From the NCBI RefSeq assembly GCF_018977255.1, contig NW_024704742.1, forward strand, positions 41,230,001 to 41,294,000: a DNA stretch of 64,000 bases, in the 5' to 3' direction. The stretch is from Callorhinchus milii (Eukaryota). The first letter of the stretch is position 1. Each line of letters starts with the position of its first letter. Both the position numbers and the translations under genes were made by a program. Shown here one piece after another: positions 50,981 through 63,655 of the stretch. The notes beneath the pieces are model-generated. The model was given only the letters and a program-made list of their open reading frames with translations. It was not told the DNA's origin and made no database searches.

Positions 50981-53900
50981 CCTCCATGTCGGGGATGTTC
51001 CAGCACCAGCCCCAGAGCCAGGCCCCGCCGCCCCCGCCCCCCGGGCTGCCCGCCCCGCGGGCCCCCAACACCCTGGTGGACGAGCTGGAGGCCTCGTTCG
51101 AGGTGAGCGTCCGTCTCAACTCACAGTTGGACCCGTGAAACCCGCAGTGCCTCCCGCGCCCGAGGGCCCCAACGGCAGCGTCCCCCCCCCCCCCCCCCCG
51201 GCCTCACCCCCCCCCCCCCACCCCCGGCCTCACCCACCACTGAGCAGTGACTGGAGCTGAGTACAGTATTACACTGTACACCACTGAGCAGTGACTGGAG
51301 CTGAGTACAGTATTACACTGTACACCACTGAGCAGTGACTGGAGCTGAGTACAGTATTACACTGTACAGTACTGAGCAGTGACTGGAGCTGAGTACAGTA
51401 TTACACTGTACAGTATTGAGCAGTGACTGGAGCTGAGTACAGTATTACACTGTACAGTACTGAGCAGTGATTGGGGCTGAGTACAGTATTACACTGTACA
51501 GTATTGAGCAGTGACTGGAGCTGAGTACAGTATTACACTGTACAGTACTGAGCAGTGACTGGGGCTGAGTACAGTATTACACTGTACACCACTGAGCAGT
51601 GACTGGAGCTGAGTACAGTATTATACTGTACAGTATTGAGCAGTGACTGGAGCTGAGTACAGTATTACACTGTACAGTACTGAGCAGTGACTGGGGCTGA
51701 GTACAGTATTACACTGTACAGTATTGAGCAGTGACTGGGGCTGAGTACAGTATTATACTGTACAGTATTGAGCAGTGACTGGGGCTGAGTACAGTATTAC
51801 ACTGTACACCACTGAGCAGTGACTGGGGCTGAGTACAGTATTATACTGTACAGTATTGAGCAGTGATTGGGGCTGAGTACAGTATTACACTGTACAGTAC
51901 TGAGCAGTGATTGGGGCTGAGTACAGTATTATACTGTACAGTATTGAGCAGTGACTGGGGCTGAGTACAGTATTATACTGTACAGTACTGAGCAGTGACT
52001 GGAGCTGAGTACAGTATTATACTGTACAGTATTGAGCAGTGATTGGGGCTGAGTACAGTATTACACTGTACACCACTGAGCAGTGATTGGGGCTGAGTAC
52101 AGTATTACACTGTACAGTACTGAGCAGTGACTGGGGCTGAGTACAGTATTATACTGTACAGTATTGAGCAGTGATTGGAGCTGAGTACAGTATTATACTG
52201 TACAGTACTGAGCAGTGACTGGAGCTGAGTACAGTATTATACTGTACAGTATTGAGCAGTGATTGGGGCTGAGTACAGTATTACACTGTACAGTATTGAG
52301 CAGTGATTGGGGCTGAGTACAGTATTATACTGTACAGTATTGAGCAGTGACTGGGGCTGAGTACAGTATTATACTGTACAGTATTGAGCAGTGATTGGGG
52401 CTGAGTACAGTATTACACTGTACAGTATTGAGCAGTGATTGGGGTTGGGTACAGTATTATTATATTGTGCACAACAACAACTTGGATTTATATAGCGTCC
52501 TCCACACTGGACGACATCTTAGTGCTCTTCACAGTAACGGATCCCGGGTCGAGCCAGGAGGAGAAATTGACCAAAGGCCAGTTGAAAAGAAACGTCTTCA
52601 GCAGAGACCTGAAAGTAGGAAGAGAGGGGGCGAGGCGAAGAGAGTGAGGAAGGGAGTTTCAGAGCCTCGGGGCATAGTGGCTGAAGGGACGGCTGCCGAG
52701 GGTGGAGCGGAGGACTCGGTGGACAAGGAGGAGGCCAGACCTGGAGGAACGAAGGCAATGGGCAGTTTTGAGGAGAGAGGTCAGAGAGGTAGGGGGGTGC
52801 GGAGGAGTGGAGGGATTTGAAGACAAGGGTGAGGCGGTCTGAGACGCCGTCCGGCGTTGAGGGGACTATATAAATCCAAGTTGTTGTTGTTGATCTTGAA
52901 ATCGATCCTCTCTGGGACAGGGAGCGAGTGCAGTCTGGCGAGGACTGGGGTAATCGGGGAGCGATTACCTCAGTATCATTATATTGTGCAGTATTGAGTA
53001 GTGAAGGGGCTGTGTATAGTATTATACTGTGCAGTATTGACTAGTGATTGGGATTGGGTACAGTATTATTACACTGTGCAGTATTGAGTAGTGATTGGGG
53101 CTGGGTACAGTATTATTACACTGCAGTATTGAGTGGTGATTGGGGCTGGGTACAGTATTATTACACTGTGGAGTATTGAGTAGTGATTGGGGCTGTGTAT
53201 AGTATTATACTGTGCAGTATTGAGTAGTGATTGGGGCTGGGTACAGTATCATTATATTGTACAGTATTGAGTAGTTATCGGGATTGGGTATTGCATAATT
53301 ATATTGTAAAACTCATTAATACTGAGTTACCGAGTATTTATTGGGTACTGGGTATGGATTATTACTGAAAGTTTGTTTATTAGTGAGTATTATTGAATAG
53401 CATATTACTGGATTGTGTGTTTCTGAGTATTTATTGAGTACAAGGTTTTGTATTATTGAATTTTTATTGGACACTAGGATTAGTCCAGTGGAGTATTTAT
53501 AAATGCTTGCCAAGGTAGGATATTATCAAGACTTTATTGGGAACAGTGCAATACGTTAGGGATTTTGATTTCACCATTGAAGGGCTCTTGAAATGTTATC
53601 CGATATTCACTATATAAATTCAAGCTACTGATTTTATATCTTTGAATATTGTTAAATTTGAATCACTAATTGTAAATAATAATAATCCTTGCATTTGATA
53701 TAGCGCTTTTCACGTCGGGAGGACGTCCCAAAGCGCTTCACAGAACACACTGTAAAGTGAATTGACTGTATATTTGTGGGCGAACGCGGCAGCCAATTGC
53801 GCACAGCAATGTCCCACAAACAGTCGTAGATTGAAAATGACCAATTTATTATTGTTTTGTTTTTTTGGAGGGATTATTATTAGGCGTGTGGAGTAAGGAA

Positions 53901-56316
53901 ACTTACTAACACTAAATGTGTTTCTTGTAGGCATGTTTTGCATCATTGGTCAGTCAGGATTATGTCAATGGTTCTGATCAAGAAGAAATTCGAACAGGTG
54001 AGTATATTTCAACGGCGTTTAATAAAATTAGACCGTTAGACATTTGATCAGAAAACATTCTTCACACAGAAGGCTGTAAAAATATTGATGCATTTCTCAG
54101 ATGATTGAATGGTCAGAATCAATTGGGATGTTTAACAGGGAGGTAAATGGATACTCGGGAAATTGTTATTAATTAACAACGAATACAGATATTTGCAATA
54201 ACACCAAACCCAATAACATCACGAGTAAGGGGAAAAGGTGCATAAATGGGATTAAAAGATAACAATTATCTAATGTGTTTGAATCAATCCATAATAATTT
54301 CAAAACAAAGTAATCCATCTATCAAATGTGTTTCAATCATAAGACCATTTGTATCACAATTCAATTACTCAGTAAACTCTTTTGTATCAGATGAGTTGAA
54401 AGCTTTTTATATTGTCCTTTGTTACAATGTAACTTAATAGCATTGTAGACAAATTATCCATTATATATGAGGACTGAAGTAACATTAACTTTTGTTTATA
54501 TCACAGCTTGACTCAAACACTTAACAATTGGAAGTGCTAGACACCAAAAAGAAATGGGAGGAATTTGGAGGGGTACCATAATCCATTCTTTAATGTCAAG
54601 GTATAAACAAAAGGAAAAGGTCTCTGTGAGACAGATTAGTTATTGTCTTCTGAAAGTCGATTCTCTCACACCAACAATCCGCTCGTCTTTTAGTGCTTTT
54701 TCACATGTCTGTTAGCAGTTTGTTTTAACTCCTTCCCTGCATGTAGCATGCCAGGAGGGTAAGCAAATGAACCAAGCATTTTTCTTGTTGACATCTTGTA
54801 TATAAATGTTAACATTCTTGTGTAAATATGTTTGCTATTTTTCCATTAGGTGTGGAGCAATGCATACAAAAGTTTTTAGACGTTGCCAGACAAACAGAGT
54901 GTTTCTTTCTGCAGAAAAGACTTCAGCTTGCTGTGCAAAAACCTGAACAGGTCATTAAAGAGGTGAAGAGAGCTTGATTTTCTAAACCTTCTAGTTTACC
55001 ATTTTTTGGATAAGTTAACCTTATTCTAAATTTTAAATCTGTGAGTGGTTGAAGCCAAAAAATCAATGTATTTAAGCGGAAACTTGATGTATACACGAGG
55101 GAGAAAGGAATAGAGCGTATCAGAGAGAGAGAGATGTGCGTGGAGTTTAAACACTGGCGTGGACTAATTGGGCTGAATGCCCAGTTTCCATGCCTTATCA
55201 TTCTATGTAACAGAACCTCAGCAATCTCAGAACAAATGGGCCCCAAAATTGTGGGTTTCCTAAATGTTATTTTAGGAATGATTTTAGGAACTCTGCACTT
55301 CGCACTTTGCAAGTGAGAGACCTGAGTTCAATTCCAGGCAGAGGGCGAAACCTTGGGCAAGTTTCCTTACTCCACACAGAGCCTAATAATAATCCCTCCA
55401 AAACCAAACACAATAATAAATTGGTCATTTTCAATCTACGACTGTTTGTGGGATATTGCTGTGCGCAATTGGCTGCCGCGTTCTCCCACAAATATACAGT
55501 CAATTCACTTTACGGTGTGTTCTGTGAAGCGCTTTGGGACGTCCTCCCGACGTGAAAAGCGCTATATCAAATGCAAGGATTATTATTATTATTATTACTT
55601 CAGTCACCCCAGTCCTTGCTAGGCACAGAACTAATTGATATATCAAGCTCCTCACTCGTCTGCAGATCACATTCATGCCCTACCATCTTCCTATCTTTCC
55701 AACCTGCTCACACCACCACTCCTCTACCCAACCTCCACCATCATCAGCCACTACGCTCAAACCTCTGGAACTCTCTGCCTCAATTCCTCGTGTTGCCCCC
55801 TCTTTATCTGTCCAATTCACACCTGAAGACTTTCCTCTTTGATCATGCCTATGATCACTTCGTTTTTCTCCCTGGCTTGAGGTCGAACTCTGACATTATT
55901 AAGCACTCGGATGCTACCCTTATTGTTTGTTGTAGGGAATCAATGGGGGAAGGAAGAAGATTCAATACTCTGCACAAACTTTTCAATCCCAAGAACTATG
56001 CACAGCATTTTATCATCATAGATTTCTTACCTACAAACATAACATTGATTTTTTTTTAACAAAAAAAAATGTTTACTTTCCGGTTTTGAACAGTTCCAAA
56101 ATGAATTATGCTTTACAGGATGTTTCCGAATTGAAAAATGAGCTGCAGAGGAAGGAGGCCTTGATTCAGAAACACCTCAGCAAACTGCGTCATTGGCAAC
56201 AGGTCTTAGAAGATATCAATGTACAACCCAAAAAGCCATCTGAACTACCGCAGGGTCCTTTAGCTTATCTTGAGCAAGCTTCTGCGAACATCCCCGCTCC
56301 GATGAAGCAAACGTGA
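50974..56316 (+). CDS. MED28: Mediator complex subunit 28, 4 exons, 168 aa
   Basis: Exons 50974-51102, 53931-53997, 54850-54962 and 56119-56316, 507 nt. [75 protein letters not shown] at 56553. Confidence 0.97.
51237..53300. repeat. 44-bp minisatellite in MED28 intron 1 (about 28 homogeneous copies to 52470; diverged copies 52970-53300), split by an L2
   Basis: Unit tgagcagtgaYtggRgctgagtacagtattaYactgtaca(ccac/gtaY) is directly visible. Confidence 0.96.
52471..52968 (-). mobile_element. L2 3' fragment with a short opposite-strand L2 tail nested at about 52833-52891
   Basis: caacaacaacttggatttatatag tail of the same subfamily as 49545-49940; internal ...ctatataaatccaagttgttgttgttg. Confidence 0.85.
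53675..53904 (-). mobile_element. 5'-truncated young SINE ending at the MED28 exon 2 branch point
   Basis: Near-identical to the family; directly followed by tactaac...ttcttgtag. Confidence 0.92.
55301..55597 (+). mobile_element. Young SINE lacking the A box, in MED28 intron 3; followed by a decayed L2 piece to about 55900
   Basis: Matches the family from the anticodon arm to the (TTA)n tail. Confidence 0.92.
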
Positions 56317-56602
56317 AAGCGATTTACAATGCGTGAGTCAGTTCGCAAACGGAAAACTCAGGTCTTCCCAAGTTTTCTGTTGTGGAGCGAAGTCAATCTC
56401 GAAGGAAGTGCCGAAGCACTTCAATGCAGAAACGCTTTTCCGTGACCTTCCGTGTAGTTTCCAGGCTGTCGGTAAAATTACCCGTCCGGTCGGATTAGTA
56501 CCGCATTTCAGGCTGGAAAAAAAAAATGTAACCCTTCGCTTTATTTATATGCAATAAATGTTTTTGCGACCGATACACAACCGTGAGCAGTTAAAGCAGT
56601 TA

Positions 56603-56939
56603 GTGGAGTCCTGTAGCTCAGTGGTTAGAGCACTCGCTTTGCAAGCGAGAGACCTGAGTTCAATTCCAGGCAGAGGGCGAAACCTTGGGCAAGTTTCCTT
56701 ACTCCACACAGAGCCTAATAATAATCCCTCCAAAACCAAAAACAATAATAAATTGGTCATTTTCAATGTACGACTGTTTGTGGGACATTGCTGTGCGCAA
56801 TTGGCTGCCGCGTTCGCCCACAAATATACGGTCAATTCACTTTACAGTGTGTTCTGTGAAGCGCTTTGGGACGTCCTCCTGACGTGAAAAGCGCTATATC
56901 AAATGCAAAGATTATTACTATTATTATTATTATTATAAT
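56603..56939 (+). mobile_element. Full-length young SINE between the MED28 poly(A) signal and the next CpG island
   Basis: Intact A and B boxes; near-identical to 50503-50825. Confidence 0.93.
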
Positions 56940-57149
56940 TAAAGGCGTTTTGACAGTTCCTTTTGACGCTTTTGGAAAAAAAAAAGCCGTGAACTCGAAA
57001 CATTACCGGAGGGGGTCCCCCCCCCCCCCCCAAAAAAAAAAAGAGCCACTGATCAGAAAATCCGAAGAACTTGTCGAGTCCAAAAAAACGGCAAAGGGAA
57101 TCGTCGTGAAGCGGCGGCTTCTTCTTCTTCTCTCTCTCTCTCTCTCTCT

Positions 57150-57504
57150 GTCGCTGCCATTTGTTTTTGTTTTTAAACGGCGGACACGGCAGCGAACGGC
57201 CGGAGCCGCGGCGGCGGAGAGCGGCGCGTGCGCGGCAACGTCGGGTCGCAAAGCACGACGGGAGGGCGAAGAGATTCAAATCCCATTGTCGTGGGAGCGA
57301 ACCGTTGGGGGAGAGAGAGAGAGAGAGAGAGAAAAAAAAAGAGGGGCTCGAGCCGGAGAGAGGGAGAGAGACCGACACACGCTCTCCCCCCCCTCTCCCC
57401 CTCCCCACCACCGGCTCCATCTCCTCACTCGGTTCTCGGCCGCGAATGTTTTTTAAAATCTCTGTGTATATATATCTCCATTGCAAGAGGAGGAGGAGGA
57501 GGCG
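57150..57504 (+). promoter_or_regulatory. CpG island / 5' region of the Haspin-like gene
   Basis: High CpG density and a ttcaaa (CHR-like TTTGAA on the other strand is only partial) upstream of the ATG. Confidence 0.5.
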
Positions 57505-60500
57505 ATGATACAGCGGCAGCAGCAGCAGCAGCAGCAGCAGGAGGAGGAGGGCCGGGCTCGGGCTCCCAGAGCCAACCTGGTCCGCACTTACGGCAAATGT
57601 CAAGTGCGGAGGGTCTGCAAATGGCTGAGTCCGACCCGCGACCATCTCTTCTCCAACTCCGACTCCGACTCCCCGAGCAGCCGCGACAGCGAAAGCAGCA
57701 GCGACCCTTCCTTCGTCGTCACGAAGCCCAAACGGTGAGCGCCCTCGGCGGGGGGTCGGGGGTGGGCGGGGGTGAGGGGGGGGTGAGGGAGAGACGACGG
57801 CGACCGCGGCGACCGTCGCCGTCGTGGACAGTCGTCCCTTCCGTTTGAGACGTCTCCGAGCGCTTCGCAGAATAGACCGTGAAGTGAATTGACCCGTCTG
57901 GTTTGTGGGTGAAATGCGCACAGCAGCGACCCCACAGACTGAGCAAATTATATATATAATTTATATATATATATAATATATAATTTATATATATATATAT
58001 GTGTATAATTGAAGGGTGATTGAGGGCAACAGTCGAAGAGGAGGGGTCTCGAGACGGGTCTTGAAGGTGGGGAGGGAGCGGGTGAGTGGGGGGGACTGCG
58101 GGATGGCGTTCCAGAGGGCAGAGCGGCAAACGGACCGCCCGCCAATATGGTGGGGCGAGCGAGGCGGGGGACGTGAAGCAGGTCGGAGCCCGCTGAGCGG
58201 AGGGAGCGAGCAGGTAGGGAGTTGGGGAGGAGCGAGACCACGGAGGGCTTTGAAGGTGAGGACCAGGATCTGTTCGACCCTGAGCTGTCCTTTCTCCCTC
58301 ATATCCGCGCCACAACTGGCACCGCCTTCCATCACCTCCGGAATATCGCCAGATTACGGCATTACCTCACCCCTCACGCTGCTGAAACCCTGGTCCACGC
58401 CTTTGTCACCTCAAGGCTGGACTATGGGAACTCTCTCCTCGCCGGCCTTCCCGCCACCTCCCTCCACAAGCTGCAGGTCATTCAGAACTCTGCAGCTCGT
58501 GTTCTGTCCCGCACCAGGCTTCGGGACCACATCACTCCCACCCTCGCTCGCCTCCACTGGCTCCCCATCCCCCAGAGGATTGATTTCAAGATCCTCATCC
58601 TCACCTACAAGGCCATTCACGGCCTTGCTCCCTCCTACCTCTCCAACCTACTATCCCCCTACCTACCTGCCCGTACCCTCCGTTCCTCTGGCTCCGGTCT
58701 GCTCCACATCCCCCGCCCCAATCGCCCTACCATCGGTGGTCGGGCCTTCAGCCTCTCAGCCCCCAGGCTCTGGAACTCTATCCCCCAGTGCCTTCGCCGC
58801 CTCCTCCCTTTCCTCCTTCAACATCAACAACAACATTCCATTTATAGCGCCTTTCACGTCGGGAGGACGTCCCAAAGCGCTGGACAGTTGGGTCAGGACC
58901 CGAGTTGGGGGGAAATGGTCAGGGGTCAGGGTGAGGGAAGGGAGGGAGCGAGGAGGGGTAGAGAGTCAAGAGGGGAGCTGAAGGCACGGTCAAAGAGCCC
59001 TGAGGAACACCGCACCGTGCGGGGGCTAGAGGAGAACCGTTTGTGGAGATGAAGTGAAGACAGTTTGAGAGATACAATCTGAACCATTCAAGGACAGAAC
59101 CATGAAGGTTGAGGTGAGAGGAGCGGCGGTGGATGAGGATAAAATGGTCAAAGGTGTCGAAGGCAACAGAGATGTCAAGGCGGATAAGGAGGCAGAGGGA
59201 GCCCTGATTGGGGACAGAATGTAATTTGTTCTGCATTGTGGACAGCACGGAAAACCGATTGGAGGGGTTCATGAAGGGAGTGGCGGCAAAAGAAGGAGCG
59301 AAGCTAGGAAGCAACAGCTCGTTCCAGGACCTTGGAATGGGAAGTTGGAGATGGTGCAGTAGTTAGAGAGTAGCCTGGAAATGGGGGGAAGTGATGCCTC
59401 CTTGGAGATGAGACTTTCTTAAACTTCACTCAGTGAAGTTTCACTCACTTTCAGCTTCACTCAGTGAAGAGTTGCTTTACCCACTGATATATGGGTCTGG
59501 TTTAAGACGTCACAAAATTTTTCCATTTTTTACTGCTGAACCAGTTGCTGATTTTGACTCCTTTGACTCTGAAAGTTCTGTGTATTCTGGTTCTATTTGA
59601 TTATTTATTCTATCTGAATAAATATCTATCTGAATAAATTCTGCTCACAAAATATGCAGTCAATTCACTTTACAGTATATTCTGTGAAGCGCTTTGAAAT
59701 GTCTCAAAGACATAATAAGGTGCTGTATCAAATGCAAGGATTATTATTTATCTAAAGCACAGAAATTCTCTTCTTAAAAAGTATATTGTCAAGATCCTAA
59801 TTATGTGATATATATCTTTTCAGACGAGGAAAGGTATCAAGCTGCTGTATAAATGCAAAAGTGGTAAAGAGAAGTGTTGGAAAGCGAAAGAATATCCAAA
59901 TTTGCAAGAGGAAGCGCTCTGATCTTGGGAGAAAGGGGGATTCACATCAGGAAAACCATAGCCCTGTTTTCACAGAAGAACAAAGGCACGAAGATTTCAT
60001 TTTTGCTGAAGACAAGGAAAATTATATTGCCCCCATTACTAGGTATCTGATGTTTTAGGAGATTCACATTATTGTGTTTTCATTTGAAAAAATGTCTTTT
60101 TAACACGACTGTCAACCTCATAATCGTGGTTATCCCTTTGTGGCATGAAAGAACGTAATATTGGAACATCAGAATGAAATCTAGCAAATATGTTTTTGAA
60201 TAAATTATGTTGACAACATAGTCTGCATACATATTTAGGGCATTTACATATACTGTAATTCAAAAAATCTTAAATTTAAGTCTTGTCTTACACCTAGTTT
60301 TGGTTGTGTAAAATCAGTTTTTTTTTGAAGAAATCTCTTAAGTTTTTGTTTTTATTCAGAACTAGAATTGCAGTTAATTTTGTTCCGTCTGTGTGTTTAA
60401 GTGAGTTTTGAGAACCCAACTTTTAGAACAAGAAGATAGTACGTGTACATTTCCAGTGCAACAAAAGGCCAACTTCCAGATCATCACCAGGAGTTCATTT

Positions 60501-63341
60501 TGCAAAGGAAGCCTCAGATCTGTGACACATTTGTTAAAAGTGAGCTTTCACTCTAGTCAGGCACTTAATAATTGGGCTGTCCTGTACTTAGAACTAAAGT
60601 TTCTGTTTCTTAACTATACATATGTGTGATCTAAATTTAAATTGGGATTTGTGAATCAAAAACTGCCCAATTCAGATTTGGGTGGACATTTATAAAATAT
60701 ATAAATTCTATGTAGACAGAAGATGTTTTCTATTGCATCAATATTCACTCCTTTAATTTTCAAAGGTGAGCTGGGGCTGAAGTGAAAGGTGACTTAGGTA
60801 GACGATGTAATGTGAAAGAAACAGGACAAGAAAAAACACTTGTGGGAAATACAGTATAATTTCCCATTCCTTTGTCTTTCCACTATTCACCTGCCTGAAC
60901 ATTTGAAAAAACATACCATTGAATTTCAACAAACCTCCATAAATAGTTTCCTTTCATATGTGCGAATATTTAACCAAGTTGTAATTATATAATTGTTTGG
61001 CACAAACACTGAGAAATCATACATCACTTGCCAAGAAATCAAATATTGTTGAGGAGTGACCATTTTTGGCCAGTTTCTCTTGGTTCATAGTGGGCTTAAC
61101 ACTGCAGGTAAGTAGGTAAAATTAGGAGGATATTTCAAAACTAGTTAATTCTATAATTGCACTACCGATATTGAACTGCATAACCAATTGAAACAAGATT
61201 TCAGAGGTTTGAATGAAGAGCGCAAACATTTGTACAATAGTGTGGAGTTATTTGCTTCTCATTGATGTAAATATTGTCACTGCATTTTTTTAAATCTTCT
61301 CTTCCCTCCCTGTAAAAGGAATAAGGCAAAGCAAATGTTACAACATACTCAAAAGTTAAAATTTGTTACTTGTCGCCGAAAACTACGGAATCCAAAAACA
61401 GTGAATCAAGTTAAAAGCATCCAACCTCAAATCAAAAATGAGGTAAAGTCAAATCTCTATTTTTCACCAATACTTTAATCAGTTAAGTTTACAAATTTAA
61501 AACTACACTTTCAATTTGGCACATGTTGCTATATTGAGATATGTGACCATTTCACCATCAATATTTTGTTATGAATTTAGTTGTTAGGAGTCACTTGACT
61601 AGTTTTTCTGAAGCTTATGTCATTTAAATTAGCTATGAAGCATAGAAGAAAACATTTTTGTCCAGCAAATCTTTACAGTTTAAATGTAGTGTTTTTATTT
61701 TAAGTTAATATATACATTTAGTTTGTGTAATTTGTGAGGACCAGTTTCAGGGTTTATTAAAAAATGTATATTTTACTTAATTGTGCAGCTTAAAATGCCT
61801 TCACAAAATATATAACAAATTGAATTTATTTAGCAAATTGTAACAATTTATATTTGTAATCAACTGGGTATTTAAATATATACACATTAAATGTGTTTTT
61901 TTCCTTGCAGGTATTTTTGGGATCATCAACAGAGTTTTCAGAATCATTGATATATTTTGACAAACCACATGAGAACAACGATTGGATAAATTCAAGCAGT
62001 TGTCTCAGTTTTTCAAAAAAGCTGGACGGTTATCCACTTCAGACAAGCACACCCTCTTGCTCCACAAAGTTGAAAATAAAAGCACCACCAATGTGTGCAA
62101 TTTCGTTCAATAGTTCGAACAATGATGAGTTTAAGAGCAAACTCAAACCTTTTACCATGGAAAGTATTGACCGTCCCAACGCAGTGGGAGCCTTTTGCCC
62201 CCGGAAGCACCTCCCCACTGAAGAATCGGAAAATAATTTACAATCCAAAAAGGAAATCAGGACGTATGGTTTTGCTATGGAGTCTAAATCAGTCAGTTTT
62301 ATGGTATCAATGGAAAATTGTCAACATTCAGATCCAGTTCTTTCCCATTCCACTGAAACTCAGAAGATTGACTTGGCTTCTGTCCCACCTGGCGCTTCCG
62401 ATGTGAGCAAAGAATTATTTACCGATGTCACTGAAGTAGTTGAGAACCCTTGTGAGGACGGTTCAGCTGAGAGACTTAATGTGAAGAAACTTGCAAGCAA
62501 CATGTTGGCAAAGTCTGGAATGTCTTATACCACTTATGATGACCAGGTAACTGAACTGAAAATGTATCAAACTAAAGAACTTTCCAGAAAGGAATTTCAG
62601 TCTGTTGTGCAGTTAGACTGCGATTTGGTTCACAAGTACTTGCAAAGAAAGTTCTTTAAAGAAAATCCACAGACCAAAAGTAGGACAGCAGTCTCTCTTG
62701 CGGACGTGGTTTGTGAAGACAATTCATCCCGTGATGAAAATGAACTGCAATTTGTAGATTACTTAACAAGCAAGAAATTAATATTGCAAAAAGCTAGCAA
62801 GATAAGATGGGCACGATCTTTGGACTGGAAGGATCTGCAACCCCTTGTGTTGCTCAATCCATTTGAAATAGAGTGGCATTTAAACCAGAAGAAAATTTTT
62901 ATCAGAAATCATGTAAAAGCAAGTCTGGGAGATGGTGCTTCTTGTGATCAACGGAACGAGAATAATTTTCAAGAAAAATACTCTGAGAATTTGAAGTTTC
63001 ACGAAGTACACACAAATAGAAAAAATAGTGTTCAGGAATTAAATACTGACGGAGCATCTGGAGCTGATTCAAACTGTTCTGAACTGGTAATTGGCTCACC
63101 ACACAGGCGAGCACTTTCACTTGAGAGTGACAGTTTTCTGAACGGAAATGGCATGTCAGAAGAAAAAAATGATGTCAGTGATTCTACCTCCAGCAGGTGT
63201 CGCAGACAGAACAAGAACAGGCATACTGGATCGATGTTTCAAGAAGATGTTGATTCAGTTGTATTCTCTGTGAACCAAACAAACAGGATTGATAATTCCC
63301 TAATTGGTTTGAACAGCGTTTCAGACGTACAACTGCATGAG
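57505..63341 (+). CDS. HASPIN: 5' part of a multi-exon gene, probably Haspin kinase (N-terminal region; kinase domain would lie beyond the window)
   Basis: Phase-compatible exons 57505-57734, 59824-60042, 61319-61442 and 61911-63341. N-terminus LVRTYGK..W.SP..HLFSNSDSDS..SDPSF resembles my recollection of the Haspin N-terminus (RTYG..W.PP...FF.SS..D.DF). Basic stretch, KEN motif and a long Ser-rich exon. No kinase motifs in the window. Confidence 0.6.
58010..59360. mobile_element. Nest of four L2 fragments in alternating orientation
   Basis: Old minus copy 58010-58270; young plus copy 58271-58820, nearly identical to 7014-7563; minus tail 58820-58997; minus RT piece 58998-59360 (LDISVAFDTFDH, CGVPQG). 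Confidence 0.88.
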
Positions 63342-63459
63342 GTGAAATAGACATTTGATTTGTAGATTTATTTTATCAATAGTCTGCCTTTGTAAACCTT
63401 GCATAGGGGTACACATCTGGTATTTATGTGCACACATAATGGTGTAATAGAAGATATGA

Positions 63460-63655
63460 TGATAATAATCCTTACATTTGATATAGGGCCTTATCACATT
63501 GTCAAGATGTCATATATCGCTTCACAGGGTATACTGTAAAGTGTAGTGACTGTGTTGTGCGCGAAACGCAGCAGCCGATTGCGTACAGCAGTGTCCCACA
63601 AGCGGTGGTGGATTGAGTGACCAAGTTATTATTATTTTTGGAGGGATTATTATCC
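63460..63655 (-). mobile_element. Diverged SINE 3' portion
   Basis: Matches the SINE tail and core; related pieces at about 57840-57940 and 59640-59750. Confidence 0.75.

Noticed and set aside
51237-52470. Palindromic 44-bp repeats resembling a CRISPR array
   Set aside because: Units are contiguous with no unique spacers, there are no cas genes, and the array is in a vertebrate intron.
56866-57921. Minus-strand ORFs of 196 and 340 aa
   Set aside because: GC-rich CpG island plus SINE and microsatellite sequence, antisense to the likely real exon.
60457-60539. Possible extra exon of the Haspin-like gene
   Set aside because: At 83 nt it breaks the frame between two exons that already join in phase.
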